Below, in pieces: positions 19,693 through 22,681 of a stretch of DNA of 22,681 nucleotides. Position numbers and translations under genes: made by a program. Within the stretch, counting starts at the first letter, position 1; every line of letters starts with the position of its first letter. This DNA is from Tubiluchus corallicola (Eukaryota; Animalia; Priapulida), in assembly GCA_030141605.1 (NCBI GenBank), contig JAQGDQ010001877.1, forward strand, positions 1 to 22,681. The letters are read 5' to 3'. Below the pieces are notes generated by a model, which did no database searches, was not told the DNA's origin, and saw only the letters and a list, made by a program, of their open reading frames with translations.

Positions 19693-20071
19693 GGTCAGGA
19701 AGGGCATCCGCCTGTAAAAACTGCGCCAAAACCTTCTATGAATGAGTCGGTGAGTGCAAAGAAGTGGTCAGACCCGCTCTAATCTATGGACTGGAAGCAG
19801 CTTCTCTAAAGAAGACAGAAGAGAAGAAAATGGGCATGGTGGAGATGAGGATGTTGAGATGGATGGTGGGAATAACAAGAAGAGATAAAATTAGAAATAA
19901 TAATATCAGAGGAACAGTAAAAGTAGTGGAAGCGTCGCAAGATTGCGATGGTATGGACACCTGAAAAGAAGAGTCGGTGAAGATCATGTGGGAAGGGAAG
20001 ACAACAGGAATGCGTGGCGAAGACTTATTCACAACGGCGACCCCGAATAGGGAAAAGCTGGGAAGAAGAAG
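19619..20071 (+). mobile_element. Non-autonomous RTE-clade retroelement, copy 2 (extra internal deletion)
   Basis: Homologous to 514-1110; (GAA)n tail; TSD actacttctacgatagcaa (19600-19618) / actacttctacggtaggaa (20072-20090). Confidence 0.9.
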
Positions 20072-20212
20072 ACTACTTCTACGGTAGGAATAAAAACTGA
20101 TTATATGGATGATGTCTGTTTACAAGAATAAGACTTCTGACACACAACATGCTTAATAGGTACTGGTAAGACTGGGCATAATAACATAGGAACATCGTGG
20201 TTCTACTTCGTA

Positions 20213-20304
20213 TCACAATGCACCACGATCGGCCAAAAAGCGCCTGTATATTATGGAGACGTAAACGGCTAGCAACAGCAGCACAAATATGTCGTCGAGG
20301 AAAC
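20213..20304 (-). CDS. RNF170: RNF170 E3 ubiquitin ligase, last coding exon (missed by the ORF track)
   Basis: tttttacag|GT TTC..., phase 1. Encodes GFLDDIFVLLLLAVYVSIIYRRFLADRGAL then TGA at 20215-20213; matches the RNF170 C-terminal GFLDD transmembrane segment. Confidence 0.93.
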
Positions 20305-20479
20305 CTGTAAAAAGAACGAAGTTGAAATTAGCAAGTAACTATGTCACACAACAACTTCTAGTGTTAAAACTAAACTCTCTGTTCGACTGCGCAATAAATT
20401 ATGTTCATGTTTTAGTGGCAGCAAATTTCTGACACATTAGAGCTTTAGATTCGAAGAGAACTAGAATAATGAAAGAAAC

Positions 20480-20730
20480 TAGACGGTTTAGTCTAGTGGT
20501 AACGCGTTTGCTTTCCGTCTGGAAGGTCGTGAGTTCGAACCAGTGGCCGGGTCATACCAAAGACTTTAAAAATGGTACATGCTGTTGCCCTGCCTCACGC
20601 GTGGTATTTAGGGTAAAAGTGGGGTAATAACAGTTTCTGTTATGTAATTGTAGGTTGTTATTTATAGTCGGCGATAATAGCTCTTTGAGCTTATGTTAAT
20701 TGTTGACCCAAAAGCCAACTTTAAATAAAG
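20480..20730 (+). mobile_element. tRNA-derived SINE with a Meta/MESC-like core
   Basis: A-box-like tagtctagtgg (20489-20499), B-box gttcgaacc (20533-20541), core cgggtcataccaaagactttaaaaatggtac; ends in aaataaa plus a microsatellite tail. Confidence 0.8.
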
Positions 20731-20748
20731 ATTATTATTATTATTATT

Positions 20749-20829
<81 letters not shown>

Positions 20830-20856
20830 GTCGTCATCATCATCATCATCATTATT
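20731..20856. repeat. (ATT)n(ATC)n microsatellite, SINE tail
   Basis: Direct trinucleotide runs. Confidence 0.95.
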
Positions 20857-21329
20857 AAACTTATTAGTAAAGAAATTGCAAATAATAATGTTCTACAAAT
20901 GGTTGCCTTTCTGTAGCTTGACTGCCAGGGAAAGCTAACTTATAGTTCTAGGTGACACAATACATTCAAAACACATGAAAAACCCATCTTATGCTGCTGA
21001 TTCACTATTGGTTACAAATAACAAACATTAAATTGGTTCTAATGCACCCGTAAAGGCTTCAAATGCAAAACGTTCTTCAGAAGTCCTGATACAAGCATCA
21101 TACAACAAAATATATTTTTTCAACACAAAATGCCTAAGTTAATGCTTGCTTATTTATCATAAATATTGTGTTGTCCATTCTGACAACTTTTTCTAGAGAC
21201 AAATCGAAATTCTAACATTAGTTAGGATTTTTCGTATAAACCATCATTAAAACAAAAAAAAACTAAAATTTCTGATAAAATTTATACAGTTTTGAGACAC
21301 ATAGTAAATGAATAAACAGAAATACTTAC

Positions 21330-21507
21330 CTAAGATACCAAAAACAGCCTCTGGAAGGATATCTAATGGTGAAAGAAGGTATAACAATGCAGCCAGGAAA
21401 CACAGTATTAATCTCAGTCGGAACATCGCCATTAAACCTCCAACAGAGAAAAATTCATTCACGGCATGACGTAGTAACGTTGGCAAATCATTTAGGTAGT
21501 CCCACAC
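21330..21507 (-). CDS. RNF170: RNF170, penultimate coding exon (DUF1232-like region)
   Basis: tctgctcag|GTG...TTAG|gtaagt, 178 nt, phase 0/1. Encodes [59 protein letters not shown]. Confidence 0.95.
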
Positions 21508-21529
21508 CTGAGCAGAAAAAATAATGCGT

Positions 21530-22681
21530 AATCGTTACAATAATTGTACATAACACACAACACTTATACTGGTAATCATTACAATAATTGTACATAAGCA
21601 CACAATAATTGTACATAACACACAACACTTATACTGGTAATCATTACAATAATTGTACATAAACGCACAACACTTATACTGGTAATCATTACAATAATTG
21701 TACATAAACGCACAACACTTATACTGGTAATCATTACAATAATTGTACATAAACACACAACACTTATACTGGTAATCATTACAATAATTGTACATAAACA
21801 CACAACACTTATACTGGTAATCGATACAATAATTGTACATAAACACACAACACTTATACTGGTAATCGTTACAATAATTGTACATAAACGCACAACACTT
21901 ATACTGGTAATCATTACAATAATTGTACATAAACACACAACACTTATACTGGTAATCGTTACAATAATTGTACATAAACACACAACACTTATACTGGTAA
22001 TCGTTACAATAATTGTACATAAACGCACAACACTTATACTGGTAATCGTTACAATAATTGTACATAAACGCACAACACTTATACTGGTAATCGTTACAAT
22101 AATTGTACATAAACGCACAACACTTATACTGGTAATCGTTACAATAATTGTACATAAACACACAACACTTATACTGGTAATCATTACAATAATTGTACAT
22201 AAACACACAACACTTATACTGGTAATCGTTACAATAATTGTACATAACACACAACACTTATACTGGTAATCATTACAATAATTGTACATAAACACACAAC
22301 ACTCATACTGGTAATCATTACAATAATTGTACATAAACACACAACACTTATACTGGTAATCATTACAATAATTGTACATAAACGCACAACACTTATACTG
22401 GTAATCATTACAATAATTGTACATAAACACACAACACTTATACTGGTAATCATTACAATAATTGTACATAAACACACAACACTTATACTGGTAATCATTA
22501 CAATAATTGTACATAAACACACAACACTTATACTGGTAATCAATACAATAATTGTACATAAACACACAACACTTATACTGGTAATCGTTACAATAATTGT
22601 ACATAAACACACAACACTTATACTGGTAATCATTACAATAATTGTACATAAACACACAACACTTATACTGGTAATCGATAC
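21530..22681. repeat. 45-bp intronic minisatellite (at least 25 units, runs off the window)
   Basis: Unit atcattacaataattgtacataaacacacaacacttatactggta; begins ~20 nt from the RNF170 acceptor. Confidence 0.96.

Noticed and set aside
20480-20550. tRNA gene
   Set aside because: A and B boxes are present, but there is no convincing acceptor stem and the sequence continues into a SINE core and microsatellite tail.
21535-22657. Cys/Tyr-rich repetitive ORFs
   Set aside because: They are translations of a 45-bp intronic array in several frames with frameshifting indels; there is no gene structure.

Overview
This is AT-rich, intron-rich animal (probably invertebrate) genomic DNA with two minus-strand genes. 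At the right are the last two coding exons of RNF170 (21330-21507, 20213-20304). Downstream of it is the 5' part of a ZNF143/ZNF76 (Staf) zinc-finger gene, with nine candidate phase-consistent exons from about 14635 down to 1314, including an 11-nt micro-exon; the gene continues off the left edge. Non-coding space is filled with non-autonomous mobile elements (hAT-, piggyBac- and Tc1/pogo-like MITEs, RTE-derived short retroelements, a tRNA-headed SINE, a CR1/L2-group LINE fragment) and minisatellites. Three observations stand out. (1) Three minisatellites have units that straddle ZNF143 exon/intron junctions, multiplying real splice sites into dozens of decoys, some of them in frame. (2) Two copies of an internally deleted RTE element begin at the predicted cleavage site of a twister ribozyme. 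(3) Two Staf-binding-site-like motifs lie at the ZNF143 gene's own putative first exon. All calls are by eye and from recalled family knowledge; no searches were run.
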